DNA of 64,000 nucleotides from Eledone cirrhosa (taxonomy: Eukaryota): the NCBI GenBank assembly GCA_964016885.1, contig OZ024741.1:31806001-31870000 (forward strand). Direction: 5' to 3'. Of this stretch, positions 16,385 to 29,419 are shown in pieces. Position 1 is the first letter of the stretch. Every line of letters starts with the position of its first letter. Below the pieces are notes generated by a model. The model saw only the letters and a list, made by a program, of their open reading frames with translations. It was not told the DNA's origin and did not search any database. Position numbers and translations under genes: made by a program.

Positions 16385-16762
16385 TGATAACTAGGTGTTA
16401 ATTTTAAACGAATTTTAGGGTTTTTGATCGAGTATGGTTTGCTAATTTGTTGTGGAAATAACTATACCAATAACTATAACGAATTACAGCCATCATATAT
16501 ATATATATATGATGGCTGTAATTCGTTTCGAGTAATGCCATTGCTTGATCCTTCAACACGGGCATCATGGACATGGCTTTTTACTCATGCTAGGGTCTGG
16601 CCTATGGCCAGCAATAAATTACATCGCATAAAAATGTCACATATCAAGCGATGCATGTGCTTGTAGCTTTTTTAAGAGAGGAAGGGCTTTGCACGGGGTC
16701 AATCCCACGCCCTGAACATCGAATGCATTTGCCCTAAAAGAAAACACACACACACACACACG

Positions 16763-16796
<34 letters not shown>

Positions 16797-16799
<3 letters not shown>

Positions 16800-19068
16800 T
16801 CATCATCATCATCATCATCAACGTTTAACGTCCGTGTTCCACGCTTGCATGGGTTTGGACGGGGTAGTCCCACTTGAGGCAAGAGTGATTGTCTTGCTCG
16901 CATAGGACTGTCTGGCAGGTTTTCTACAGTTGGATGCCCTTCCTAACACCAACCACATTTACAGTGTGGGTCTGGGAGGTTTTTACCGTGTTGCCTACAC
17001 GGCCACATTACAGCGTGGACTGTGTGTTTTTTTGTCGTGACACCTACACGATCTCATTTGTTTCGGCCTGGATGGTGTGGCACCAACACAACTTTACATA
17101 GAACGGGGTGGCGTGGATGGGGTGGGGGTGGTGGGACGGGGGGGGGGGGGTATTTTGTTAGAGATGCCTACTGGCTGTAGTAGGTTTTACTATGTATTTA
17201 GGTAAGGCGGGTCTTCTCTGTTACTGAGTACCGCCAGAGGTCTCGGTCCAGTGACATTGTCTTGGAGAGGTGTAAGTGTGTGAGGTCGGAGTTTATCAGC
17301 TCGTCCCAGGTTTTTCTAGGTCTGCCTATTCCGTGGCTACCGTCTATCTTTATTGCCCTGCACTTTGTTATACAGCTATCGACTTTCATGCGCATCACGT
17401 GTCCATACCAACGTAGCCTTCTCTCGAGTAAACAACATCTGATCCCTCTTATTTCTAATTTTTTCCTTAGTTCGTTTATGCTTTGCCGTTCACGTATATT
17501 ACTGTTACACATCCAGCGGAGCATGCAAGCTTCGTTCCTCTCTAGTCTGCGTATATCCTCTGCACACAATGCCCAGGTCTCACTGCCATGCAACATTGCT
17601 GTTCGTATGCAGGCATCGTACAACCTGCCTTTCATTTTTAGGGAGAACCCTTTAGCAGCTAATAGTGGTATAAGCTCTCTGAACTTTTTCCAACCAGTTC
17701 TGACTCTAGCTACTGTACTTTCAGAGCACCCTGCCCCACTGCTGATTTTATCACCCAGGTAACGGAAACTGTCCACTATTTCTATAGAACACTCTGCGCA
17801 ATTGAAAGAGCTAGTATTTTGTGGGCATTTGCTGCTACTTATTGCACCAGAGCACCGGCCACATGTAAAATCTATGTTCTTAGTTAGCTTACCTGTGATC
17901 CCACTACATCTTTTATGCACCCATACTTTGCATTTAGGACATAAAATGGAGTTTCTACCTACGCCTTTCCTACACACCGAGCACGACCATTTCCCAGAAG
18001 GGACCGCCGCCTTATTTTCTTTCCTACAAACTAGAACTTTAGTCTTAGCCAGGTTAATTTTAAGGCCTTTTGATTCTAGGCCGTGCTTCCATGTTTGGAA
18101 TTTCTTCTCTAGCTCGGCCATTGATTCCGCTATGAGTGTCAGGTCGTCTGCGTATAGGAGTTCCCATGGGCAGCCGGTCTTGAACTCCTCTGTTATAGCC
18201 TGAAGGGCAATAATAAATAGTAGGGGGCTGAGAACAGAGCCCTGATGGACGCCAACTTTTACGCTAAACTCTTCACTATATTCGTTGTTAATTCTAACCT
18301 TGCTGACTGTTTCTTTATACATGGCTTGTATAGCTCTCACAAGCCATTCGTCAACGCCTAGTTTTCTAAGAGCCCACCAGATAATGGAGCGGGGGACTCT
18401 GTCGAAGGCTTTCTCCAAGTCGACAAAAGCTAAGTAGAGGGGTTTACTTTTAGCTAGGTACTTCTCCTGTAGTTGTCGTACAATGAAAAGAGCGTCTGTG
18501 GTACTTTTGCCTGACACAAACCCGAACTGCATTTCATCTTGGTCAATTCTCTCTCTGATTAGTTGTGCTATTACTTTTTCCATGACCTTCATGACCTGGT
18601 CGATTAATTTAATGCCTCTATAGTTACTCCTATCTAGGGCGTCTCCTTTACCCTTATAACAGGTAACGATGATGCTGCTATGCCAGTCCTTCGGAACAAC
18701 CCCATTCTGTACGACTTGGTTAACTATGCGGGTGACCATGGTGTGTCCCACCGTGCCAGATGCCTTCAGCATCTCAGCAACTATTTCCGAAGGCCCAGCC
18801 GCCTTACCCGTCTTCATATCCTTGATTGCCTTACTTATTATACTTCCCTCGACTAACACTGCTGGTCCCTCTATTGGGTCGATATGGGGGAGACTGTCTT
18901 TCTCCCATTTATTCTCCTCATTTAGTAGCCTTTCATAGTGACACTTCCAAGCTACCTTCTTATCAGCGTCGGTGATGGCAAGTGTGCCATCGTCGTTTAG
19001 TACACACTTCTCCCCGACAATATCACGGTTTTCCTTGACGCATTGCCTAGCAATCCTGAACACCTCAC
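16797..19068 (-). mobile_element. 5'-truncated RTE-clade LINE with (GAT)n tail, inserted in (TA)n
   Basis: RT ORF, ~380-bp 3' UTR and (GAT)n tail at 16797-16820; CACGTATAT at both flanks. Confidence 0.9.
17198..19063 (-). CDS. RTE reverse transcriptase (partial) with an internal PHD-type zinc finger
   Basis: YKGKGD..NYRGIKL, QFGF, FVDLEKAFD, GVHQGSVLSP, YADD, FRYLG, RRLRWYGHV, GRPRKTW motifs. Confidence 0.92.
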   Translation of the reverse strand: MFRIARQCVKENRDIVGEKCVLNDDGTLAITDADKKVAWKCHYERLLNEENKWEKDSLPHIDPIEGPAVLVEGSIISKAIKDMKTGKAAGPSEIVAEMLKASGTVGHTMVTRIVNQVVQNGVVPKDWHSSIIVTCYKGKGDALDRSNYRGIKLIDQVMKVMEKVIAQLIRERIDQDEMQFGFVSGKSTTDALFIVRQLQEKYLAKSKPLYLAFVDLEKAFDRVPRSIIWWALRKLGVDEWLVRAIQAMYKETVSKVRINNEYSEEFSVKVGVHQGSVLSPLLFIIALQAITEEFKTGCPWELLYADDLTLIAESMAELEKKFQTWKHGLESKGLKINLAKTKVLVCRKENKAAVPSGKWSCSVCRKGVGRNSILCPKCKVWVHKRCSGITGKLTKNIDFTCGRCSGAISSSKCPQNTSSFNCAECSIEIVDSFRYLGDKISSGAGCSESTVARVRTGWKKFRELIPLLAAKGFSLKMKGRLYDACIRTAMLHGSETWALCAEDIRRLERNEACMLRWMCNSNIRERQSINELRKKLEIRGIRCCLLERRLRWYGHVMRMKVDSCITKCRAIKIDGSHGIGRPRKTWDELINSDLTHLHLSKTMSLDRDLWRYSVTEKTRLT

Positions 19069-19088
19069 GTATATATATATATATATAT

Positions 19089-19742
19089 TAATAAAAGGAA
19101 TTTCAAATTTGTCTGATTTACTCGTTTTATTTACAATCCTTTAACATTTATAATGGTATTATAATGAAATAGTATGATAGAATATTAAATGTTAAGTGTT
19201 AATTGAACAAGTACTTTCATACTTTCGCAATCTTCAGGTTCATAATGTGTGGTGACAGTCAAGTTAGCAATTTTCAACTGTAATGAGATGGGTAAATTTT
19301 GTACCTTATATACAGTGAAAAGTGGCCTCAGAATGCTAAATCTTGCAAACTGTATTTCGACCAATCGGTGTGTAGTTTCACTGAATTACTAAAGTTGATT
19401 GGTTTAGGCGTCACGGCTGGTTGAGCATGTCTAACGACCATTAATTGCTCCCATGCAACGCATCAATTGTTTTGCTATTTTTAGAAATGATGAAAATAGC
19501 ATTTTCTAGTAACCATCACTATCAACATCACTTTTATTATTATTATTATTGTTGTTGTTGTTCTTGTTAGTGGTCGTAGTCGACATGGTCGTAGTCATAG
19601 TTATTATTATTATTATTGTTCATTTAGCTTGCGTTTGAATTTATCATTAAAATTCTTTTCTTTCATTTTGCTCTTGATTTCACTTGGGCTGGGTAATTTG
19701 TAGAATGGGAATATTATAAATATTCCCTGACCACATGTTGCT
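19089..19742 (-). mobile_element. ORF-less PLE pLTR-like repeat (family A), copy 1
   Basis: Reverse complement of ~21973-22608; contains a hammerhead; abuts (TA)n. Confidence 0.7.
19204..19242 (-). ncRNA. Minimal type-I hammerhead ribozyme (family A)
   Basis: TGAAC-CTGAAGA-TTGCGAAAGTAT-GAAA-GTAC-TT-GTTCA; stem I TGAAC/GTTCA, palindromic stem III GTAC. Confidence 0.8.
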
Positions 19743-19760
19743 ATCTGGCAGATGGGTATA

Positions 19761-19801
19761 CGGTGTTGATGATAGCTAACAAGCTTGAAACTAGTACATC
19801 G
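19761..19801 (+). ncRNA. Hammerhead family B, C3-to-U variant
   Basis: CGGTG-TTGATGA-TAGCTAACAAGCTT-GAAA-CTAG-TA-CATCG. Confidence 0.65.
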
Positions 19802-19965
19802 ATCCTGTGTCAGTGTTGAGCAAAAAGGTGACATGGTTGCCTTAACACCGTGCGGCATAAATTCAGGCTGTTCAGTTTGTTTACAAACGAACAAAGCGGG
19901 CGCTATAATAAGCGTCCGCTAAACTGATCCGTACATATATGTATGTGTACCTGTATGTATATATG

Positions 19966-20117
<152 letters not shown>

Positions 20118-20349
20118 TGCTACGTCTGTATACATATATGTATGTACGTATACATACATACTTACATTTAAGTAAGTGCCGTACTAAGAGTGAGAAATGA
20201 AATTTCGTTTTCATTTCATTACAACTCATCGTTTTCGGTGCGCCTGACCGATTTAACTCACTCGATATGCAAATTAGTCTGCTCAGCCGTTAATTTTCAT
20301 AAGGAAAGTATATACTTTCGAACGTTCAACTATCTGGCAGATGGGTATA

Positions 20350-20390
20350 CGGTGCTGATGATAGCTAACAAGCTTGAAACTAGTACATCG
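20350..20390 (+). ncRNA. Minimal type-I hammerhead ribozyme (family B)
   Basis: CGGTG-CTGATGA-T-AGCT-AACA-AGCT-T-GAAA-CTAG-TA-CATCG. Confidence 0.87.
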
Positions 20391-20554
20391 TTCCTGTGTC
20401 AGTGTTGAGCAAAAAGGTGACGTGGTTGCCTTAACACGGTGCGGCATAAATTCAGGCTGTTCAGTTTGTTTACAAACGAACAAAGCGGGCGCTATAATAA
20501 GCGTCCGCTAAACTGATGCGTACATATATGTATGTGTACCTGTATGTATATATG

Positions 20555-20614
<60 letters not shown>

Positions 20615-20667
20615 TGCTACTGTACGTCTGTATACATATATGTATGTACGTATACATACATACTTAC

Positions 20668-20745
<78 letters not shown>

Positions 20746-20774
20746 AGATCAAAGATTGTTAAAAGAGTTCCAAG

Positions 20775-20845
20775 TATTTTATTATGCACATTTCAAAAAC
20801 AAATATAATCATGGGATGATATTTACGTTCTCATCAGATAAAATA
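20775..20845 (-). ncRNA. Hammerhead ribozyme (family C)
   Basis: Reverse complement of 20964-21034 with intact CTGATGA, GAAA and TA core. Confidence 0.82.
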
Positions 20846-20963
20846 GGGAGAGATGATATGAAGCTTAAAAAACACTTGTGAGCAGTGAAGTTTTAAATCA
20901 ACATATTTTGATTTAAAACTTCACTGCTCACAAGTGATTTTTAAGCTTCATATCATGTTTCCT

Positions 20964-21034
20964 TATTTTATCTGATGAGAACGCAAATATCATCCCATGA
21001 TGATATTTGTTTTTGAAATGTGCATAATAAAATA
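20964..21034 (+). ncRNA. Hammerhead ribozyme (family C)
   Basis: TATTTTAT-CTGATGA-[GAACGCAAATATCAT..ATGATATTTGTTTTT]-GAAA-TGTGCA-TA-ATAAAATA; 8-bp stem I. Confidence 0.87.
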
Positions 21035-21157
21035 CTTGGAACTCTTTTAACCATCTTTCGATCTTTTATTATTTATATTCCAATCCTATAAACTGTGGAG
21101 TGCTACTCATCCGATATTTGCATTGCTTTATTGTTGTTACAATAAAACTCACCTCCT

Positions 21158-21208
<51 letters not shown>

Positions 21209-21242
21209 CACGGGTGTGTATGATTGTGTATAGAAGATTATA

Positions 21243-22603
21243 TTAATAAAAGGAATTTCAACTTTGTTTAATTTATTTGTTTTATTTACAATCCTTTAAA
21301 AATTTTTAAAGGTATTAGAATGAAATAGTATGGTAGAATATTAAATGTTAAGTGTTAATTGAACAAGTACTTTGATGCTTTCGCAATCTTCAGGTTCATC
21401 TTCTGTGGTGACAGTCAAGTTTGCAATTGTCAACTGTAATGAGATGGGTAAATTTTGTGCCTTATATACAGAGAAAAGTGGCTACAGAATGCTAAATATT
21501 GCAAACTGTATTTCGACCAATCGGTGTGTAGTTTCACTGGATTACTAAAGCTGATTGGTTTAGGCGTCACGGTTGGTTGAGCGTGTCTAACGACTACTAA
21601 TTGACACTATCCACAGCATCAATTGTTTTGCTATTTTTAGAAATGAAGAAAATAGCATTTTCTAGTAATCATCACCATCAACATCACTTTTATTATTATT
21701 ATTGTTGTTGTTGTTGTTGTTAGTGGTCGTAGTCATAGTCATAGTAGGATTAATACCGCATTATTATTGTTCATTTAGCTTGGGTTGGAAAAATATTCCC
21801 AAATGCAAATATGAACTGCAAAAGCAGAAATCTAATTTACTGCATTAAATGCCCGAATTGTCAAGAACTATATGTCGGTCAAACTTGAAATGCACTATCG
21901 GAACGTGCACGGGTACACCGACAGCAAATCAGAGACCCAAATGTCCGTCAGATACCCCTGAGTAACCAGCTAGCAACATGTGGTCAGAGAATATTTATAA
22001 TATTTCCATTCTACAAATTACACAGCCAAGTGAAATCAAGAGAAAAATCAAAGAAAAGAATGTTATTAATAAATTCCAACCCAAGCTAAATGAACAATAA
22101 TAATGGGGTATTAATCCTACTATGACTATGACTACGACCACTACCAACAACAACAACAATAATAATAATAAAAGAGATGTTGATGGTGCTGATTACTAGA
22201 AAATGCTATTTTCATCATTTCTAAAAATAGCAAAACAATTGATGCTTTGGATAGGGTCAATTAGTAATCGTTAACCAACCGTGACGCCTAAACCAATCAG
22301 CTTTAGTAATCCAGTGAAGCTACACACCGATTGGTCGAAATACAGTTTGCAAGATTTAGCACGCTGTAGCCACTTTTCACTGTATATAAGGCACAACAAT
22401 TACCCATCTCATTACAGTTGAAAATTGCAAACTTGACTGTCACCACACATTATAAACATGAAGATTGCGAAAGTATGAAAGTCCTTGTTCAATTAACACT
22501 TAACATTTAATAATCTATCATACTATTTCATTATAAGACCATTATAAATTTTAAAGGATTGTAAATAAAACGAGTAAATCAGATAAAGTTGGAATTCCTT
22601 TTA

Positions 22604-22608
<5 letters not shown>
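21243..22608. mobile_element. Family A element with inverted pLTRs (arms ~21243-21790 and ~22075-22608)
   Basis: ~540-bp inverted repeat; both hammerheads carry core mutations (GAAA>CAAA at ~21374; CTGA>ATGA at 22458). Confidence 0.8.
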
Positions 22609-22695
<87 letters not shown>

Positions 22696-22988
22696 GAAAC
22701 ACACAGATACATGCGGACACACACATATATACATGAATGCATCCGCACCCAACTGTGAGTTAAGGGTGCCAACTTCACCGATGTTGCTCAATGAATGACT
22801 GGGACAGACCAATTCAGTTTGAACCAGACTGAACCAGTATCAGAGTTAAAAATACATTATGAAGAGAGAAGAAACATTTAGATATAATTAGTAATAAAAT
22901 GTATCATACCTAAACTGCTCCTAAATTCCTCGACTACGTAGTTTCGTGGCATAAACAAAAACAATATATCAAAGTTCTTTGATATATT

Positions 22989-23031
22989 GTCAAAGTTCTT
23001 TCGTCACACATTCGGTGACCTCTTCAGTGAC
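22989..23031 (-). ncRNA. Hammerhead ribozyme (family D)
   Basis: GTCA-CTGAAGA-GGTCACCGAATGTGTGAC-GAAA-GAAC-TT-TGAC; flanks (22981-23260) are homologous to 44395-44675. Confidence 0.72.
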
Positions 23032-23419
23032 TGGGGTTTCTTTTCTTCATTTTTTTGTGCCTCTCCTTTGTTCTGTCCTACGCCATATTATTTTTGTGTG
23101 TATAGTGTGCTTAGTTAGCGCATGTGTTACATCCGGGTGTCCGTGTGTTTTTATTTGTATATTTATTTGTTTATTTACATATTACTAGTTGGTTGTTTGT
23201 TCTGTGTGTGTGTTTTCATTTTGTCCTTAATTGTAAGTTGTGATGTTGCTATTGCATTCAAAATGAAAACACACACACAGCAAAAGCAACCGGTGAGTGT
23301 GTTACTTATTGGCAACATAACCCTCCCAAAGTATAACAATATATATATATATACATATATATATATAAATATATACATACACACACACATATAAATACCT
23401 GTATATGTGTGCGTATATG

Positions 23420-23486
<67 letters not shown>

Positions 23487-23629
23487 TGTTGTTCTCTATG
23501 CCAATTATACTAAAAGCAATCAATATTTTAATTTATAGTAATTATCATTAAAATTATTGATATTTACTGATTGTTTCATGGTAGTCCTGTTATTGTTAGG
23601 TTTGTACTTCTTCACCTTTTACAGGCTCA

Positions 23630-23990
23630 CCTTCTTCTTCTTCTTCTTCTTCTTCTTCTTCTTCTTCTTCTTCTTCTTCTTCTTCTTCTTCTTCTTCTTC
23701 TTCTTCTTCTTCTTCTTCTTCTTCTTCTTCTCATTCTCATTATTATTGTTATTATTATTTTCAACGTTTATGGTAGTGATGCTGATGATGATGGTGAAGA
23801 TGATGAATAAAAATAATAATCATAATGTGAGTAATAAAGAAGAAGAAGAAGAAGAAGAAGAAGAAGAAGAAGAAGAAGAAGAAGAAGAAGAAGAAGAAGA
23901 AGAAGAAGAAGAAGGAGAAGGAGAAGAAGAAGAAGAAGAAGAAGAAGAAGAAGAAGAAGAAGAAGAAGAAGAAGAAGAAGAAGAAGAAGA
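23630..23990. repeat. (CTT)n and (GAA)n microsatellites in inverted arrangement
   Basis: ~33 CTT units at 23630-23730 and ~50 GAA units at 23838-23990. Confidence 0.95.
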
Positions 23991-24359
23991 CGACGACTGT
24001 ATTTTTACAGTGGCTATTTCTCTGTGAATTTGATGATTTTAGAACGAAGTTATCACTATCCCCGCCCCAGTCATACATTAATATAAACCTCATCATAAGT
24101 CACTCTAAATGATGTAAACACACTCATATATACACCCGTATAAAGACACTCATATATACACCAGTACTAATATATATTCTGCTATTACTTTGTTTCAGTA
24201 ATCTCAATGTGACCATACTGCAGCAACTATTTAAACATACTGGTTGCTCAGATCAACCCCAGTATTATTTCTCAAATCTGGTGCTTACCTTATCTATCTA
24301 TGTAAAACTCATAAATTACGTAACATAAACGGACACATGCACAAACGGAGATGCAACCT

Positions 24360-24395
<36 letters not shown>

Positions 24396-24434
24396 GATAT
24401 TAACAAATGGAAACTATATTTATAAAACCATATC

Positions 24435-24499
24435 TATTTTATTATACATATTTCAAGGATACCATGTTAAATTATGGTATGCTTTCATCAGACAAAATA
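24435..24499 (-). ncRNA. Hammerhead ribozyme in inverted pLTR (family E)
   Basis: Reverse complement of 27754-27818, core intact. Confidence 0.83.
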
Positions 24500-24682
24500 C
24501 AATTTATACCAGTTTTATTAATAAATATTGACATACCCTTTCAAAATGTAACCGTTACTTTTGGAAGACATCAGGGATAGTGGATTTGTTTACTTATATT
24601 AAGTCGTTGTGTTACGGAGAAGGAAAAATCTGGTGCTTACCTTATCTATCTATGTAAAACTCATAAATTACGGAACATAAAC

Positions 24683-26456
24683 CTTGAAAAACTGAATACA
24701 GATGCCTCTTGTATAATGCATGAACTAGACATTGAAAATAAGACGCAACCCTTCATGCCAAGGAAACCTAAGATTAATATGAAGGATCATAAAAGAAACT
24801 TCGAAACTGATTTACCAGTCAGATTAATTGCACCATCTAAATCTGGCCTTGGCAGACTTAGCAAAAATATTCTGGACAGAATAATACCGCAAATTAAGAA
24901 TTTACCTAATTTATCTTACTTAAAATTATGGAAAGGATCTATTGAGGTTATCGATTGGTTTAAAGAAATTAAATATAACTATAATAATAAGTTTATTCAG
25001 TTGGATATTGCTAACTACTACTCATCTATCACTCCTAATCTACTGAATAAGGCACTAACTTACGCATTTAAACATACAGACCTAACTAGCAATGAAATGC
25101 ACATTATATTATCGGCACGGAAAACATTAATAGAATTTAATAACCAACTCTGGACTAGGGCAGATAGAAATAATAATTTTGACATAACTATGGGATCTTC
25201 AGACTCAGCTCAGGTAACGGACCTTGTTATAATTAATTCTCTACATAGAAAAATTCCAGGTGTAACCGGAGATTTATATCGTGACGACATGCTTTTACTT
25301 ATAGAAAATAATAGCTGTGAACTAAATAGAAAAAGAAAACAAATTATACAATTTTTTAATTACCTTAATCTAAAAGTAGAAATAGAGAATAACCATAAAA
25401 TAGCCAATTTTCTAGATGTAACACTAAATCTTAACACATGTCTTCATTACCCATTTCACAAACTAAATGAGAACTTAAATTATGTCAATTTTATCTCTAA
25501 TCACCCCAGATCCGTTAAAAATACTATAGTGAACTCTGTACAAGAACGAATTTCGAGAATTTCATCTAATAAGAATATATTTGATGAAAAAGCGCATTAT
25601 TACAACGAAGCGTTAGGTAGAGCTGGGTATAGAAATAAAATTAAATACATCGATAATAATAATAATATAAAAACTAACCAAAACAATAACAATTTTAACT
25701 ATGGTAACAATTTTAACAACTATAATAGAAAACATTACAATAATTCCGAAAGCGGAAAAAGAAATAGAACTAGGAACATAGTATGGTTCGCTCCTCCTTT
25801 CTCACTAAATATTAAAACACCTATTGCTAAACTATTCTTTAAAGCTCTTGACAAACGCTTCCCTAGAACACATAGATATTACTCAATTTTTAGTAGACAT
25901 ACTATAAAATTAACTTACTCTTCCACCAAAAATTTAGCGCAAAATATTAATAGAATTAATAATAGAAATTTAAAACCTAACCACAATACCAATAATAACC
26001 CAAGCAATATTCAATCGAATAATTGTAACTGTAGAAATAATTCCAACTGTCCGTTAAATAACAAACAATTGCTTAGCTAAAAATGTAGTTCATAATTGTA
26101 ATGTAAAAACTAATTTAAATTCATTTAATTATGTCGGTTCTACCTCCACAGAGTTTAAATCCCGCTTCAATAATCATAAAAATTATTTTACAGATCCAAA
26201 CAAAAAATCTTCAACTTCGCTATCTAGCCTATTATGGGACCTAAAACGAGATAATGTTAAATATTCGCTGATTTGGAATATTATTTCATAAGCTACTCCT
26301 TTTAATTCCTCTTCAGAAAATTTCGATCTTTGTATAGAGGAAATATTCTTTATATTAAAGACCAAAAATTCCCTGAATTTAAGGAATAATTTATTCAGTT
26401 GCTGCAGACATAGATTGAACTCAATGTTTAAATATAAATATAAATTTAAAATGTAG
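24683..26456 (+). pseudogene. PLE RT + GIY-YIG endonuclease, frameshifted at ~26065 (Hydra-clade-like)
   Basis: MKDHKRNF, QLDIANYYSSI, FDITMGS, LYRDD, NFLDVTL, SNHP, CNCRNNSNCPL; shifted frame gives NVVH..YVGSTSTEFKSRFNNH..CCRH with one in-frame stop. Confidence 0.88.
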
Positions 26457-27753
26457 TATAATTAATTAAGTAATTTGGTTAATATATAAAACCTGTCGAT
26501 AAAACATTAGATTCCTTCACCTTTTTCATTTTTCATTTTCTTTGGTTAAGTACTCAAGTATAAATAAATTTTCTTCCTAAATATAAATATAAATATAATA
26601 AACTATTCTAGAGAAATATATTGAGAGCTCTTGAAAGGAGAAAATATTTCCTATTTCTTATTTTTTAAATATTTTTTATATTTTTCATATTTTAATATTT
26701 TAATATTTTAGAATACTTTTGTTTTTAAGTTATATTGATATAATTATATTTCCAAAATATAATCCTTTTGTATTTTATGTACTCAATTATACTATGTAAT
26801 ATATTGATGTATACTTATCTATATACGAGTATTTATGTATATGTGTATATTAACATACATATACATGTGTTATATGCATTTTTATGGATATATGTCTGTC
26901 TGTATATATGCATGCGTGACGCGTGTCTACCAATTGGCTGAGGATGCACACACATGTTTATATATTTATATGTAATAATTGTGTGTGTACATGTACATAT
27001 GTATCCATACAATTTGATTGCAGATAGACATAATTAACAGCCATAAATGCATGACAGCTAACACAAAGGATGTATAACATTAATAAAAAAAATCATTTAT
27101 GCTTTGTATGTATATATTATATACGGGGTAGATATGTGTATTTTCTGAGTGTGTGTATATATATATTTATGTGTATTTTTGCGTGTGTGTACGTGTTATA
27201 TGATATGTAATTTCTTTAGCAATATATAGATTTTTTAATGTTTAAATTGCAATATTTAATATATTGATCTCAATTTTTAAACTAAATATCTAATCGTAGT
27301 TAAACAATGATTAATTTCTCATATTATATATGTATATTCCATTCATAAATATTAATATTTCTAATTTTATTTATTCATTTCATCACAATTGTTAACTTAA
27401 CTTAATATGACATGACTTAAGGTTTTCGTTCTCTCCCCCTCTCTCTATCTCTATATTTCTCTCTCTCGATGTTTTTCTGTCTGTCTGGTGTTTTTATATC
27501 TCTCTTTCGTTTTTCTCTTTTTTCTTTTTTCTTTTTTCTCTTTTCTTTTTTTTTCTTTTTCTTTCTTTATTTCTCCCTTTCTCTCTCCGCTTTTCTCTCT
27601 CTCCGTTTTTTCTCTCTCTCCGTCTTTTTCCTTCTCCGTAACACAACGACTTAATATAAGTAAACAAATCCACTATCCCTGATGTCTTCCAAAAGTAACG
27701 GTTGCATTTTGAAAGGGTATGTCAATATTTATTTATAAAACTGGTATATATTG

Positions 27754-27818
27754 TATTTTGTCTGATGAAAGCATACCATAATTTCACATGGTATCCTTGA
27801 AATATGTATAATAAAATA
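27754..27818 (+). ncRNA. Hammerhead ribozyme in 3' pLTR (family E)
   Basis: TATTTTGT-CTGATGA-[AAGCATACCAT..ATGGTATCCTT]-GAAA-TATGTA-TA-ATAAAATA; sense to the PLE ORF. Confidence 0.88.
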
Positions 27819-27945
27819 GATATGGTTTTATAAATATAGTTTCCATTTGTTAATATCGTATATTTACTCCAAATACTTGTCGAGTGCTTTATATCAGTTA
27901 TAAAAATATTTGCTTGTTGTATCCCAACAATTTAAATAGAACTTT

Positions 27946-28129
<184 letters not shown>

Positions 28130-28700
28130 GATAATAATGGAGCTGCGGCGCTGCAAATGGGTTACATATGAAAAGGATTGTCCTCATCAGTGGCCATCCA
28201 ACCGTCGTAGGCATTTCGTCGCATTAAAGGCCATATACCTCAGGTTGGTGCGAGCAACGGCTAAAAAAAGTCGTTGGGACACGTAAATAAAGGGGACGCT
28301 AGGGTAAACAAACAAAATGGTTTAAGCAGCAGAAAGTGATGAAGAAGGAAACAAGTCCCAGATTTCTATGAATATAAATTCGGTGGAATCGTGAACGAGA
28401 GAATAAAGACCGTCAAACCTGGTTGAAATGTGAGCAAGGAAGGAATTTCGCACAGGTCTAACGGGGGGAAGAAGGGGTCTAGTCTGCGAATTCGGTAAAC
28501 ATAAGTTCTGTGAAGTCGCAGACGAGAGAGAGAAAAACATTCATACCGGCTTGGCCAAGTGCCCGCGAGAAAAGGATTACGGACAGGTCAAACGGGAAGA
28601 AAGGGGAGGAGGAGAGGTAGTGACAGAGAGTGAGTGAGTGAAAGGTGAGGAAGAGGCTAACAGAGAAAGAGACTGCTAGAAAGGGTAAAGACACATATAT

Positions 28701-28743
<43 letters not shown>

Positions 28744-28745
<2 letters not shown>

Positions 28746-28817
28746 CCAGGTGGTGCTATTAAGTTACACATGGGTTGGGCCAGTATTGGCCGAAACCTAT
28801 CAAAGTTTTCAAAGTTA
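28744..28817 (+). mobile_element. ~75-bp 3'-end fragment of the CR1-like LINE, in (TA)n
   Basis: Matches 43870-43950 (GGTGGTGCTATTAAGTTA..GGCCAGTATTGGCCGAAACCTATCAAAGTT). Confidence 0.8.
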
Positions 28818-28834
28818 TATATATATATATATAA

Positions 28835-28955
<121 letters not shown>

Positions 28956-29099
28956 CACACATATATATATATATATGCATGTATGTGAGTGTATGTGTGT
29001 GTGTGTGTGTGTAAAAGAAATTTTCAAATATAAGGAAAGAAATGGCACAGTACATGGAAGATATATATTAGTTTAACACTTGAAATATCAGGAAGAGAG

Positions 29100-29135
29100 T
29101 CTCAACCTTTCGGACTCTAGTCCTTCATCAGAAGA
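29100..29135 (-). ncRNA. Minimal hammerhead motif (family F)
   Basis: TCTT-CTGATGA-A-GGAC-TAGA-GTCC-GAAA-GG-TT-GAGA; stem III probably mutated from CG. Confidence 0.7.
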
Positions 29136-29419
29136 TAGAGTTAGAAATAAAAGATAAATAGAAAATAAACAGTGATAAGAAAAAAGAACAGCGAAAATTC
29201 AGAGAAACATATTGTGGACCAAAAAAATCACACGTGCGTATTCAGTCGGCCATCTTATATATATATATATATAAAGTGTGACATGGCAAAGTTCCACTTT
29301 AAAATATTTTTGTTGTATATCGTACCTCCAGGTTTCACGATACCAATTGTTTCATGGTTAGGACTTACTGTAAACGAGTTGAAAGCAAGGTAGAGTGAAT
29401 CAGTGGTGGTGGACATTAG

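Larger units (their letters stand above)
20740..21160. mobile_element. Fold-back PLE pLTR (arms ~20740-20900 and ~20909-21068) plus 3' tail
   Basis: Near-perfect ~160-bp inverted repeat centred at ~20904 with one hammerhead per arm; lies between (TA)n and (CA)n. Confidence 0.85.
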
